A stretch of DNA of 63,960 nt, filler included, from Reticulomyxa filosa (GCA_000512085.1; 21 parts of 21 records of this genome joined end to end with filler, not necessarily neighbours in it), one strand, 5' to 3'; counted from the whole stretch's first letter, positions 1-13,596 are shown. Numbers and translations: made by a program. The notes: generated by a model not told the origin, from the letters alone.

Positions 1-109
1 TTTTTTTTTGAACCATTTAAATTTTTATTTTTATTTTTATTTTTTTTTTTTTATATTTTTAAAAAAAGTGTATAATAAATAAGTTGTTTAAAATTTGTAA
101 TGTAAATAG

Positions 110-1872
110 GAGGGAAAACTGGACATAACGCCATTCTTCAACACGGAATCGATAAAAAAAGAATGGGATGCCTCGACACAGTGCTTGGTGAACAAAGCAA
201 TTGAAATTTACAACCGCAAAAGCTCATCGTCAGTAGACGCGACACTGCAGAAGGCGTACGATTATTTCTCCAGCGGCGACGACCTGGTCATTGTGGAAAC
301 GATCGATTTCACCGCTTGTACATTGGTGTGCGGCAGTGTGTCGATTGGGATCGCCGCGAGCGCCCTCGAACAGAAATCCCAGGTGTTTTGGACCGCTGCT
401 TTGCGTGTAGATTTTAGTCCCACCGTCGGCGCCGCCTTTGGCAGTCATGTGGGCTTTTATCTAAACTTTGCCAAAGTTGCTGGATATGACACGCCTGCTG
501 AGGTATATACATAGATGTTTTATTTTATTTTTTCCTTCCTTCCTCTCTCTCTCTTCTCTATTTTAAAAAAAAAAGTTATGTAGTTTACATATTATATATG
601 CATATATATAATATGTAAACTACATAAGTTTTTTTTTTTTCCTGTTATTTTGCTGTCAATGAGAGTGAATCATTGCTTGTGTTGGTTGAAAAAGTCGAAC
701 AGCATTGCCTTTGAAAAAGGAGATCTTCCGAAATCACTGAACTTCATCACAAACGCCTCCGTGGACTTTGACATGGCAAACGGCGTGGAAGGCGCATTTT
801 TGGGATTCAAAATCGAGTCCGATGATATCAACTTGCGATTTGGTTTCTTTTTCTTTTTTTTTTTTAAACAAGGGTTTGCACTCTTTTCAAACCTATTACT
901 TGTTCGTTTGTTTGTTGTGAACTCACATTGCTACAGGCATGAACGGAGCTTTCCGAATGTCTTACTCATATGTAAACTCATACATATTATTTATTTATAT
1001 ATACGTACTAGTTTTTTTTCCTCAAACCCGTCCCTCCCTCTTTCTGATTTCAAGTTACCACTAGCTTATTTAAAATGTTAACCATTTGTATGCTATCAAC
1101 TGAACAAATAAATAAATAAACAAAAAAGGGCTTGTCATGGTGGCTGAATACCACGAGTGAGCTGAAAGAGCTCTGGGGCTTGGTTAGTAACGTCAAAATT
1201 GTGGACTCGGCAAAGAAGCAGGTGTCCAATGCGTTCAATGACATTATCAAGTCTATGGGAAGTGGTGCCTTCCATGTCTTGACGTCAATCGACACTACCA
1301 ACACTGCTGCCAACAACTTATTGTCCTTGTCATGTCCATCCGATGAACAAAATTCGGGTAACTTTATAATCTATTAACGTATATACATATATACATATAT
1401 ACATGTATATTATGTACATCCATACGTATAATTAATTATTCTTGATATTGTTGTTATTTTATTATAACGAAATTAGGCAATGCCTCGTCATTGGACTTGG
1501 GATACATTGAGATAATTGACGTATTGTATGGGAATGTGAAGAACGGCACGTATTGCAATGCGACGGGTGCCTTTTCCGCAGTATGGGACAAGTGTGCATA
1601 TTCGAGCAGCTGTTCCATAAAGGCAAACATAGCCACATTAGGTCAAAGCGTTTGTCCACAGGCAGTTTCCTCCGTGCTGTCCGTACTGTACACGTGCCGT
1701 GGGGCCGTCTCCGCATGGGATTTGAAATGCTTTGGCGCACGTTTTGACGACATCATCGACAGGAAGCTCTACAAAGACTTTCGAAATCCCATTTTGAAAG
1801 ACGCTGACTGGGTTAATCGTGACAATGCAATGGGAAAATGTGCCGCCATTGCGACAAAGGATAACAGACAAG
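110..1872 (+). CDS. Partial multi-exon gene: SUEL (galactose/rhamnose-binding) lectin domain followed by the start of a WSC-like Cys domain
   Basis: GT-AG exons ~110-502, ~695-842, ~1129-1357, 1477-1872. Splicing 1357/1477 gives LSLSCP...YIEIIDVLYG...C.ATGAFSAVWDKC...SSCSIKAN...LGQSVCP...LSVLYTC, the SUEL Cys/YG/YxC pattern. Both gene ends are off the contig. Confidence 0.7.
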
Positions 1873-2021
1873 GTTTTTTTTTTTTTTTTTTGCAATTCAA
1901 TATTTGTTCAACTATAAACCATAGAATTACTTTATTTGTGTATTTTTTTGAAAAAGAAAAAAAAAACAAATAATATACATACATACACGCATATAAATAT
2001 ATATATATATACATATATGAT

Positions 2022-2121
2022 NNNNNNNNNNNNNNNNNNNNNNNNNNNNNNNNNNNNNNNNNNNNTTAATTAATTAANNNNNNNNNNNNNNNNNNNNNNN
2101 NNNNNNNNNNNNNNNNNNNNN
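2022..2121. other. Artificial contig-joining spacer (44 N + TTAATTAATTAA + 44 N); first of 20
   Basis: Identical 100-bp spacer starting at 2022, 4043, 6026, 7275, 11288, 13597, 15502, 18722, 29294, 34935, 36526, 37766, 39724, 42554, 44607, 48281, 51880, 52990, 56966 and 62698. TTAATTAATTAA gives stops in all six frames. Adjacency across spacers has no biological meaning. Confidence 0.99.
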
Positions 2122-2889
2122 CCATTACAAATATCATTACTATCCATTCGAACAACACATAAAATATCTTCTTTATATTCTTTGATATGTCATCAATTCC
2201 AGTTTGTAATGTTTCTATCCATTGATTATTTTAATGTTGATATACATGTAATTGCGTAGCTTTTTGTATATTCCAAACATTTCTTTTATCTTGTTAGTTG
2301 AATCGTCGTTCACCACTAAGACTTCTAACGTTTGACAAACCAGTGAAGTCAAACGCTCTTCAAGACAGATCTCACTGTTTCGAGTAGGTACAACCACGTT
2401 TTCTTGTTTCAATTCTTGTGTCATTTGTATAATAGTTTTCTTTTTAATGAGCCAACTGTTAACGACTTACAACAACGCACTATATTTTTTGTTGTATCAA
2501 AAATTGAAACAAATTTAAATTCAAAGAAATAATTTTCTAAACAAACAAATTTTAAAAAATACTGTTTCAATTTTTTAATTTTTTTCAATTAGATCCAGAT
2601 TATTTTACTTGAAAAAAGAAAAAACTTTGGGCCAGTTGAAGGCAGAAAAAAAACCTTTTGCGTCAGAAACTATCTTAAAAACTATCAACTCGCTAAGTTT
2701 TTACCAAAATAAAATGTTATCATCTGAATCATGTGTTGCCCAAGAAGGAAATGAGTATGACTCTGTTACAAACCTTCCTTGGACAAAGAAAAAGAAAACG
2801 AGAAATAAGATCGCAATGTATAATAGAGATAGAAATAAATTGTTATCAGATTATAATTACAAACCCCTGGAACAAGTGAATGGCATAAT

Positions 2890-3230
2890 AACGGTCGTTG
2901 TCAGTCGTGGAAATAATTGAAGGTGTTGTGGTTACTCTAACTGCGTCTCTACTCATCTATTACCCACAGTTGTGCTGACACTGCTGTCTGTCCTGCGATA
3001 TAAACGCACGATGATGTACATCTAGCCCTTCAACGACAAATTGTAGTTGTTGATGTGGTCTAGGGCTTCCTTGACTATCATCGGCACACCTTTGGCACGC
3101 GATGCATTGGAACTTGTTGCAAAAAGTCCCTATTGCACCAGTGAAAAGATCAATGCAACAACGACTGGCACAGACGCTGTAACAAACCTGAACTCCATCA
3201 TCAACACAAATATTACAACAACAAATAACA
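2890..3230. repeat. Diverged dispersed repeat, homologous (inverted) to ~60910-61235
   Basis: Collinear blocks: TCATCGGCACACCT at 3078-3091 is the exact reverse complement of 60997-61010; GTCCTGC at 2990 matches 61095-61101; GTYGTCAG..AGGTGTTG at ~2897-2928 matches ~61193-61226. Confidence 0.6.
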
Positions 3231-4142
3231 ATTATAAATCCAAAATACTATCTTGAAATAAACGAACTTTCTTTTTTTTGGATGTGCAAGATTGGAGCAT
3301 TAACTTTGGAGTGTCCCGGTGAAGCGTGCGAAATATGCAAAACACAAACCAGAAACTCTAAAATAATTTATCTTTGCTCTTGACTAATGGTAGCTTCGTT
3401 TTGTCATTGCGTCATTAAAGTTTTGCTCACTTTTCCAAAAATTAAAAAAATAGATTGCAGTTGTTAAACAAATAAAAACTTGTGTGTGTTGTCTTTGAGT
3501 AATGAATTTTGAAATACATAATAAATGTCTGCACAAAGAGAAAAAAAATTAAATAAACATTGTTTCTAATTCTTTTTTTAAGGCAAAAAAAAAGGGTCTA
3601 CTGCTACACTTGTATACTGGTGTAGTGAACTCGTTATTGGCTTAATTTGTATATCCCATATAAAATTTCACGTAACGTTTCTTTTTTGAACGGAAGTATG
3701 AGGAAAAAAAGGAAGTTTCTCTCCTCCTTCTTTGAGGACTGTGAAGTAATGAGGAAGAACATTGAAGTGACTAACAAACCAAGCTATCGTACAAACTTTA
3801 TCAAAATAATGTATGCTCTTTATTTAAAAACTTAAAGCGACAGAATGTGACAATAAAACATTGGAAATCAATTATCAATGCGAGATAAAACGGAACATAT
3901 TGAATACTTACATTTAATTGAGAAGTAGTTCCAGAAAGAACAGAGCTCAAATAAATCCTACAAATCACCACAAAACAGTCGACAAAACGGACAAAGTGCA
4001 TTAACGATCACATATGTAAATTTTTATCAATATACTTGATAANNNNNNNNNNNNNNNNNNNNNNNNNNNNNNNNNNNNNNNNNNNNTTAATTAATTAANN
4101 NNNNNNNNNNNNNNNNNNNNNNNNNNNNNNNNNNNNNNNNNN

Positions 4143-4366
4143 GACATTCAGGTGATGTAAATGATGTAAGATATTTTCCAGATGGACAAACTATTGTGTC
4201 ATGTTCAAGTGATAAAACAATATGTTTATGGGATGTAAAAACAGGAAATGAAATCAAAAAATTAGAAAGATCCAATTTTTCTGCAAAATGTTTGGATATT
4301 TCACCTAATGGAAAAATGCTTGTAGTAGGTTTTGTTAACAAGACAATAGGAATCTGGGGACTTTGA
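4143..4366 (+). CDS. 3' end of WD40-repeat protein (5' part off contig)
   Basis: Reads HSGDVNDVRYFPDGQTIVSCSSDKTICLWDVKTGNEIKKLE...DISPNGKMLVVGFVNKTIGIWGL, TGA at 4364-4366. Not in the ORF track on this strand. Confidence 0.85.
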
Positions 4367-4399
4367 AATTTAAAAAATCAATTTTTTTTTGACAGTCTA

Positions 4400-4596
4400 A
4401 AATGTCACATTATTGACCTAGTCCATTTTCTCCATATAGTCAGCAGATTATACAATTCGGATATGGAATGTAAAAACAGATTGTGATACAAAAATTAGAA
4501 GGACATTCGGATCGGATTTCAGGAATAGATATTTCACCAGAAGGTGATACAATTGTATCAAGTTCTTATGATAATACAATCAGAATATGGAAATAA
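4400..4596 (+). pseudogene. Decayed WD40 repeats directly downstream of the previous gene
   Basis: Frameshifted [13 protein letters not shown] / [36 protein letters not shown], with no start and a broken upstream repeat. Confidence 0.75.
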
Positions 4597-5450
4597 CGTA
4601 ATGCAATCTGTTTTAAATAATATTTAACGATCATTCAGCTCATTTATTTTTGTTTGTTTAATTATTAGTTACATCATTTGTCAACAGACTTTTGTTGTTA
4701 ATTTTGGAGGAATTATATAATTAACTTTTTTAGAACAGATTAACCAAATAAAGCAATCTAATGATTAGTGCAAAATGTAAACCGTTTTTATTCTAATCGA
4801 TTGTGTAATTCAAAAAAAGTTTATTAAACATCCTTTTCAAAATTGATGCAAAAGTGGAAAAAGAAGAGTAACAATAACAGTGCTCACATGGCTCAATGAC
4901 GTGCCATGCGTATTGAATTCTGACGAAGGAAATTATGAAAAAAGAAGATGACACAAGTCAAATTGAGTCAAATGGATAGTCAATTTTTGCCTACGTCTTT
5001 TACTACAACTGCAATATTCGTTATCAAAGAAATACTACCATTTTCGTTTGATACAAATTCAAACGCTATTATGAAAAACTTGAAAAACTCTTGTTCTACT
5101 AGTTTTTTTTAGCCCCTTTCAGGTCGTCAACCGTTTTTTGTGTTCTTAAAAAAGAAAAGCAATAGTATATTGCACAGTTTCAAATTTTTATCTAATAAGT
5201 TAACACATAAAAAAAATATTTATTGTTTCACTTTGCTTGTTTTATAAATATAATAATCCGGTCTTGTGTCAAGTTTTTTAGTAGTGGATTTTTACGCAAC
5301 ACTTACAATTTACTCGTTTCCTCTTAAAATTTCTTCAGACGAACTTTCGACTTCCCATTTAGAACAAACTTCTTTTGAAACGCTGTTTTTTTTTACTGGT
5401 TTAAAGGGAAAACGATTGATAAAATTTAACTTGTAAATTGAAATGATCCT

Positions 5451-5990
5451 ATGGCAGACGAAATGTCTGAAAACACAGCCATCCAAGAGGAAATAACAAT
5501 TCTAAAGGCTCCCAAAGTCTCTCTAGATGAAATCGTATATACTGTTCGAATCGACGACTCGTCATTTCGTGTTCCTACCAAAATGAAAGCGCTCGGCTGT
5601 GAGAAAATGCCATCACCAATTGTTGGCAGCTGGTTATACTTAGGTAGTGTTTACCTATATACCTGTGAGTATACATGCATATGCGAGTGCAACACTATCC
5701 AAGAAAAACACAAAAAAAACAGGAAACCAATTTCACGCATCGTCACAAGAGGTGCTAAGCCATTTGCAAATCACACACGTGTTGACAGTGTCGGACATGA
5801 TTCCTAATTACTTTCCAGACAGCCTGAAATACGCAAACATACGTGTGGCCGACGAAGAGCAAACGAACATCTACGAGTACTTTGAAGCAGCAGCACAGTT
5901 TATCGATCAATGCAACCCGCACTTGAGTAAACAAAGTCAAGTAGACGACGACATAAAAGAAGAAAAAAGTCCAATTCCACGTATTCTTAT
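5451..5990 (+). CDS. Dual-specificity protein phosphatase (MKP-like DSP), 5' part
   Basis: Exon 1 5451-5643 and exon 2 5723-5990 (GT-AG) join in frame: PSPIVGSWLYLGNQFHAS...LQITHVLTV...IRVADEEQTNIYEYFEAAAQFID...RILI. The catalytic HCxxGxSRS exon would follow and is off contig. Confidence 0.88.
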
Positions 5991-6708
5991 GTTAAGTCAT
6001 TAATATCATTCGGATATTATATATTNNNNNNNNNNNNNNNNNNNNNNNNNNNNNNNNNNNNNNNNNNNNTTAATTAATTAANNNNNNNNNNNNNNNNNNN
6101 NNNNNNNNNNNNNNNNNNNNNNNNNAAAAAAAAAAAAAAGCACGATTAATGAAAAATAAACAACACTAAACTAAATTTATGATTTATTTTGCCAAGTATT
6201 AAAAGGTATTACAATGTTACTTGATTATCCAATATGTTTTAAAAATCTTTTTTGATTTCTACCAGCTTATCACAATTCATGTACATCTACATATTCTTTT
6301 AATATAAAACGCTGTATCAAGACAACAATGTTCTAGTTTTGTTTATGTTGCAAAATTTTTAGCAGACGCATAAAATGTTATTAATGAATAATGCAATGTA
6401 TAACGATTGTACTGCTAGTACTTTTTGCTTGACATTAAATGTAAAAAGTGATTGCACTAGTTACGACTGAGGACAAAAAAGGGAGGAAAGATGTCAAATG
6501 CTTCACAAGGTAAAAAACGAAAAAAGCTGAAGTATTATTTTTCTTCACGTAATTTTTTCAACAAGTATTATGGATCAAAACAAAACCAAAAAAAAAGAAA
6601 AGTAAAAGGATTATGACAGTGTTCGCCTAGCACAAGCCTTTTCATTTTCGGATTTTTTTAATTTGTCACGAAAAATTGCACTATCCAATAACTCTGAAAA
6701 ACGAACTA

Positions 6709-7274
6709 CAGTATAATGCAAAATAAAGTTGACACATAAAACATCACCTTATATATATAATTGATTTTTTTCACATAATTTTTTAAAAAATATATACAAA
6801 TCGTATAGCTTTTAAATATCATTTTGGTTTTTTATTAAATCTTTACTAATTATTTTAATATTTTTATTTTTTTTTTTTAGCTCAGTATAGTTCAATGTTT
6901 GAGTTTTTATAATGTTTATTTTTTTTTGGAAAATTGCTAAATGACAAAGGAAGTGCTGTTGATCTGTTGGGTCAGTGCTGGAGTTTGCACAAAGTTGAAA
7001 AATTAGTTTAAGTCAGTAATGTATTCGTAAATGGAAGATGACGTTAAAGACTGAAAAACTTATTAAGAAGAAACTAAGAAAACTGCGTTCGTTAAAAGTA
7101 CATGAACTAATTTCGTGTTGTCATGCTTTGTAGTTTTTTGACCTGGTTATGAATGTAAAATGTATAGATTTGTCAATTCAGATATTTACAATGAAATTAT
7201 ATTTGATAAAATGATCAAAAGCATTTATTGATGTTTAGAATATAATGAAAATTAGATATTTCAGCAATATAATG
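6709..7274 (+). mobile_element. Left end of Tc1-like DNA transposon (copy 1), truncated by contig end
   Basis: TA at 6707-6708, then CAGTATAATGCAAAATAAAGTTGACACATAAAAC, matching the reverse complement of 20195-20229. About 500 bp is collinear with 18853-19376. Decayed HTH reads AVDLLGQCWSLHKV...IRKWKMTLKTEKLIKKK. Confidence 0.85.
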
Positions 7275-7427
7275 NNNNNNNNNNNNNNNNNNNNNNNNNN
7301 NNNNNNNNNNNNNNNNNNTTAATTAATTAANNNNNNNNNNNNNNNNNNNNNNNNNNNNNNNNNNNNNNNNNNNNCAAAAAATTAAAATAATTTATTAAAA
7401 AATAAAAAAAAAAAAAAAAACGAAAAC

Positions 7428-8063
7428 TTTATGCAATTGAATAGTTTGTTTCAGAGATTGGATTAAGTGACAAACTAAATCAAAATGTGATTGCATATTT
7501 GCGACCAAATGGTCTTTTAAATTGTTCTTAAGGCATGTATGATCACAACCAAATGGTTGAAACCAACAATTAGTTACATTTAAAGGACAATCATTGTTTA
7601 AATGTTCATTTAAATCTTTTAATTTCCCTTTAAAATCACATTTAATTGCTCCAGGTGTTTCTCCTTCTCTTTCAGTTTCGTGTACTGTCTTCAACTCTTG
7701 TTCAAATTGTCTTATGCACATTACTGTTAAATCCCCAACGCATCTTCGCACGACGTTGTTTTTTGAATACTGACAATTGTCGTGTGGTTGGACTGGACAA
7801 GAATTCCTATTACTGCTAAGAAATAATTTGAGACAATGCTCTCCAGCAATCAATGTTTCATCCATATTTGTATGCTGTGGACACTCTAATTCCATTGGAT
7901 TGTTTGCAATTTGTTTGCAAATTAAACAAACGAAATGTTTAATGTATTCTTCTTGATAGAACCGTACAATCCAATCTTTGTTAAAGCAAGACTGTGCAAG
8001 TGAAAGCGAAGATACTTCACTCTTTACTTCATCTCTTGCATTCTCTTCATTTGCTTGCTTCAT
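7428..8063 (-). CDS. RING/TRAF-type zinc-finger protein, first exon (rest off contig)
   Basis: [19 protein letters not shown]...GEHCL...CPVQPH (RING-like), then [18 protein letters not shown] and [12 protein letters not shown]...HLVANMQSH (TRAF-type Zn fingers). GT donor at 7427. Confidence 0.85.
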
Positions 8064-8396
8064 TGTCTTTCTTTCTTTGTTGTTTTTATTTCTTTTTTTT
8101 ATTAATAATGAGGATTTAAATTTTTGTGTTTTTTTTTAACTTTAAAAATTTTTTGGACAGAGTTTACAAGCGAGTGATGCTATTAGTTTTGGGATTACTT
8201 GTTTTTTGTGAAAAAATGTAAATGGAAATTAGCTCCCGTTTATTTTATTTAAAAGTAGAGGAATTCCATATTTTGCTGTTGCTTTCATTATCAGGAATGT
8301 TACCGCGCAAATCACAACAATGTCAACACTTACAAAGGGTACAAGAAAATTTGAACTTGAACTTTATGAAAATGTGGAATGTCATGTTTTCCAAAA

Positions 8397-9645
8397 TGAA
8401 ACATGGAACTGATATTGATGTAAGTGTTCAACTCGCAATGGGCAAGAATAAACATCAAACTTGTAAACTTTGTGGTGGAATGAATAAAGATAACAAGCAG
8501 ACCCAGCAAATAAAACTGGTACTCTGATTTTTTTTTTTTTGGGTCACAAATAGCTTATGATCAGCAATATCATTGGGGGGGGGGGAAAAAAAAAAGACGA
8601 TAAAGGAAGTAAGAATAATTTTAGAAAATTGGATGAGATTAATTTCAATTAATTTTGGTTGGATTGATGAATTCAACAAAATTATCGCCCAATATGTTAA
8701 TAATTGCATATTTTGTTTCAAATAATGTTGTGTGTATATATAAAGATAGGATGTACAAAAATAGGCGAGATATTTACAATTTATAAAATTGTTGGGAATA
8801 CATCAAGACGGCGTAACAAGTGTAAATTTTTCACCAGATGGTACCAAGCTTGTATCTGGTTCATGGGATCGCAGTGTTCGAATATGGGATGTTATATTGA
8901 ACAAAGAGCTGAAAGAGTTGCGTGGTCATACCCGTGGGTGCACAATGCACGATTTTCTTCCAATGGAAAAATGATCGTGTCTTGTTCTTCTGATAAAACA
9001 ATTCGATTATGGGATGTGAATTCAGGAGCATCATTAAAAGTATTGAGAGGACATTTTCAGGGTGTATCAAATGCTGAATTTTCATCTGATGACACTATAA
9101 TTGTATCAAGTTCGTTTGATACGACAATCTTGTTATGGGATGTGAACTCTGGGAAGATGATTAAAAAGTTGGGAGAATGTCCATTTCCTATTCATGATGT
9201 GCAATTTTCACCAGATGGAAAATATATTGTGTCATCCGATGATAAAACCATTGTCATATGGGATATGGAATCAGGACAAAAAATACATAAATTGGAAAAC
9301 TATTCCAATGCTGTATTGAAATCCAAATTTTCACCAGATGGGAAATTTGTCATTTCTTCATTTCGTAATTGTGTCATTCAAATATGGAATATCAAAACAA
9401 AAACTGATTTGAAAAAATTGGAGGGACACATTGACACTGTAAGGGATTTGCAATATTTGCCAGATGGACACACCATTGTGTCTTGCTCTAATGATATGAC
9501 AATTCGATTGTGGGATATGAAATCAGGACATGAAATACAAAAATTAGAAGGACATTCTGGAAATGTATCAGGAATTGGCATATCACCAGATGGGAGGATT
9601 ATTGCCTCTGCTTCACTTGATAAAACTATCAAACTGTGGGGATAA
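8397..9645 (+). CDS. WD40-repeat protein (7-bladed, G-beta-like); one frameshift
   Basis: Exons ~8397-8518, 8597-8695 (ILENWMRLISINFGWIDEFNKIIAQY) and 8765-9645 with about 7 GH...WD repeats. One G is missing in the GGG run near 8936, which splits ORFs 8789 and 8704. Confidence 0.88.
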
Positions 9646-10234
9646 ATTGCTACTTGCAATTAATGTAAAAAAAAATACATTTTTTATGCTATTGTCTTGG
9701 ACCAAAAGAAAACAACTTTTGTAAATACAAAAATCGTTTTATTCAATTTTTTTAATTGAATTGAATTGAAATGTATCTTCTTCCGACTTTGGCAAGTGGA
9801 AAACTACCTTATGACGATGTTTTGCACTAATCAATATTGAGTTGATTTTTTGTTTTAATAATTTTGAGTTGATATGATACACTACTACCCTTGCTGTTGT
9901 GCTCTATATTGAGATCAACCAAAAAAAAACATTGAACAAAGTGTCACATGATTTTTAAAATCTAGATCTATGGAGAACAATTTTTTTACAAGTTGGAAAA
10001 GTCATCTAACACTCTTCTTGATTAATCTATTTGCTCAAATTTCACAAGTAAGAGTTTTCTGTGATTCTTAACATGTAGTAGAAGGACTTACAAATTTTGC
10101 ACAAAAATTTTAATCCACTATTATAAATTCTGTAGATTATTCATTTTTTTTATTAAAAAAAGTTTCGTCACAAGGGAAAACGAAAAATCTTTGTGACAAA
10201 CTTTTTTTGTGCTGAGCGTGTCTTTAATAAGATT

Positions 10235-11190
10235 TAGTTTGTTAATTCATCCTTGCTGTCATCATCACTTACTCCACTATTCTGTAAATGTCCGAATCCT
10301 TGCAAAACTTGTATTACATTTGAAAGATCTTTGTGACAAAGACCCCAGCCACAGAGACACGACGAAAGCTTTTCGAGTTCAATCATAATTAAAGTTTCCT
10401 CACTCGCGCAACAATGAAATAAAAAAAGATTCTTTTTTTGTTTGTGTTTTGAATGGGGAGGGTGTTCAAAAAAATAGTCCTTTTATTGTTGGTAGTGGTG
10501 ATATTCAAAGTTGTTTTTTTTTAGTTGATTTTGGAACCGAATAGAAGTTCTGCCACTAGTGAAATAATTGTTTCTATTCGCAACAATTCCAAAGAAAAGG
10601 TAGTATTTGTTAATCGTTACAACAATTTAGTTTTGTATTTTTCTTGCATCCCTCTTCTCTCAATGATGTCAACGACTACAACTTTTAACTCGATCACTTG
10701 TGTCCGATTTAAGAGGTAATACGTATACATTGTGATACCAGTAAAGGACTTTCTTCTCCTCAAAGAGATCAACAGAGAAAGAAGAAAAAAAAAAAGGTCT
10801 AAAATGTGAAAAGTGATAAAAAGATTAACAGTAAAAGAGTTATCTCTTACCAAGCATTTTATTTTATTTTTTTTGTACACATTTAATTTATTTTATTTTT
10901 TTTGTAGAATATTCAAACAAAATCACCTAAAAGAAATTAGCTGTACAAAAGTTGGCCATGTTGTTTTTTTGTATTTGAAGCCGTATTGATGGTGGCAGAG
11001 GCAATAGCGCTAGTAGTGGTATTTTCAGGTTTGGAAGAGACAAGTTCGAGTTTGGGGATTTTTCGGACTTTGCGAATAAAGCGATACGCATGCAGACACG
11101 GAAAGCATATACGCCGAAATGCGGTGCCATACCAGTTCGTCATCAATATCAAACACAGTGCTTTGAGTTTGCACAAACGCAAAAGCATTC
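10235..11190 (-). CDS. Possible 3' exons of a hypothetical protein
   Basis: Coding-like GC-richer islands on the minus strand (e.g. EETLIMIELEKLSSCLCGWGLCHKDLSNVIQVLQGFGHLQ near 10240-10420) separated by intron-like tracts. No family recognised; exon structure unresolved. Confidence 0.25.
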
Positions 11191-11579
11191 AATTAATTAC
11201 AAATATATATATATATATATATATATATTATACATTACGTGTTTAGATGCACACACATATATACAAAAAAAAAAAAAAAAAAAAACTNNNNNNNNNNNNN
11301 NNNNNNNNNNNNNNNNNNNNNNNNNNNNNNNTTAATTAATTAANNNNNNNNNNNNNNNNNNNNNNNNNNNNNNNNNNNNNNNNNNNNACAAGCAATTTGT
11401 AAAATTGTTTCCGCAGCTTATCACCTAATACTTTTTGTGCAACGAACATCAATCTTTTTTTTTTTCATAAAAGCGAAACATACAATTGAAGTTAAAGTAC
11501 AATGAAGTGATATTGTAATACTTAACGTAAGTTCAGATAAAATGGAATAAATTGTAGCCGTTTTTTGAATGTGATGGAG

Positions 11580-11990
11580 ACTTTTGTTGGCAGAAAAAAT
11601 ACTTCCCAAACGTGGATACCGAGTTTTGCGGTGTCCTCCATTTTCTTTCAATAGCGTGGCGTCGCGGATATAATCGGCCATGTGAACTTGTGAAGACTCA
11701 GGGCAGTTTGTGTTCAAAACGGTGGCCGGCATCAATTGCAAGTTCTTCTTGCTTTTCGTGGCCTTGTGCAAGTCTTGCATCATGTCATGTTTCAACAGCG
11801 CTGAATATGCGCAGGATGATATCTTGCAGGTCACTTCGATCAGCAACGGCAACTACTTTAGTCCTTCCGCGAAGCAATTGGGGTGTCAACATCTCCACAA
11901 GAATAGCTGGAAACACTGTCGAAGAGTTCGGGAAAATATCTCTTTTCTTCCAAAAAATTGTCAAAATTTTGAGTGGAGAACCCGTTTAAG
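11580..11990 (-). pseudogene. GC-richer coding-like remnant, unidentified
   Basis: Long minus-strand frame (ORF 11421-11852) with in-frame stops just upstream. No motif recognised; strand uncertain. Confidence 0.2.
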
Positions 11991-13231
11991 CTTGTTTATT
12001 GTGCAATTACACCTAAATGTTACAAAGTTGGTTTATTTTTAACTGGTAAAAAGACCAAAAGTAAAAACAGAGTTATTATTCAAAAATTGTACAGGAAAAT
12101 TATAAAAAGTGGTGAAGTGAATAGTAAATGGTATTGCTGTTCTCTAAAATAGCTTCTCTTTGATGAAAATCCTGCCATTGCATACATTTTTAACAAAACC
12201 GTAACTAGTATGAATATAAGTGACTAAAAATATTTTACCACTAGAAGTCATTCAAATGTATTTTTTATTGTAAAGTTTATATTTTATTTGAAATAATATT
12301 ACAAAAATACTTTTCAAATTACAATATTCTTTAGCCAAAAAAAGTAACCTTAAAGAGAACTCTTTGTCACAAAAAAAAATAAGACCAATGAAAAAACATC
12401 GAACAAAGAATGACTCTAAATTGAATGATTCAGTCTGGAAATAATTCGTAAAATGTTTGAAATGAGTTTTTTTTAAAAAAAAATAATTAATATTTAATTG
12501 TACATTCTTGTGCATTCAAATTACTGTCTTCATTAGCCAACTGATTTGCTCTTTATTTGATGCACAATAAAGGCTAAGCTCATTTGGGTTTATGTAAAAA
12601 AAAAGGAAAACACTTCCAATCATTCAATGAAATAACATATTTATGTGCTGTGTTAAATGAATTTTGTACTTTATTATGTCAAAATTAAATTGTTTTGCTT
12701 AACATATATCAAACCCAATTTTGAATAAGTATTTGATAATAAAAAGTGTGTTCATGCAATACCAAATGAAAAACTTATCAATTCTGTTGTCACGATTAAA
12801 ATATATTCTTTCATTATGTATTGGAATATTTATATAAAATTTTCATTTCTTTAAATGCTTTAGACTAAGTTCAACATTATATTGTTAAATATCTTAACAT
12901 TTTCAGAAATCATTTCATCAAAGTCATAAATTTGTCCTCTTCTAATAATATTGTTACATTGTTGATGTTCAATCTGCAAGCATTCACTATTGATTTGAAT
13001 AAAGTTTTATAAGATCACAAAACTACAATCTAATTCTTTTCAAAGTGCATTTTTCATTTATCACGCTTTTAACTCTTTAAAAAACATTGAATGCAGCCTT
13101 TTCAATTTTTTTAAACAACAAGGTAAGATAAAACACATCTTTCAGTGTGCTCAATCAAATCAAACAAGTTTAATATCATCTTACTTTCTTTTTAAAAAAT
13201 ACTTTCATTTCTTGTTCAACAAAAAAGTCAA

Positions 13232-13596
13232 TTATCCCCAAATACGAATGGAACCATTCTTTGAACCATAACACAAATTTAAATCATATTTGAAATTTTT
13301 TGTATCCTTTTTCTTTTTCAATGCAATAAATTTAAGACAAAATATTCCATCATCTTCTATCTTATTTCCTTTGATCATATACAATTCATTCTTATTTGAT
13401 CGAATATCCCAAAAACGAATTGTATTATCAAGTGATCCAGAACATATCACATTCGAATTACCAATACTATTCTTTATTACAAATGGTAAATATTCAACAG
13501 ACAATACATAACTTTTATGTCCATTGAACACTTGAATTTGTTCACTAGATCTAATATCCCACAAACGAACACTGTCATCATTTGCTCCAGATAATA
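13232..13596 (-). CDS. 3' end of WD40-repeat protein (5' part off contig)
   Basis: SGANDDSVRLWDIRSSEQIQVFNGH...NVICSGSLDNTIRFWDIRSNK...NLCYGSKNGSIRIWG*. Confidence 0.9.
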
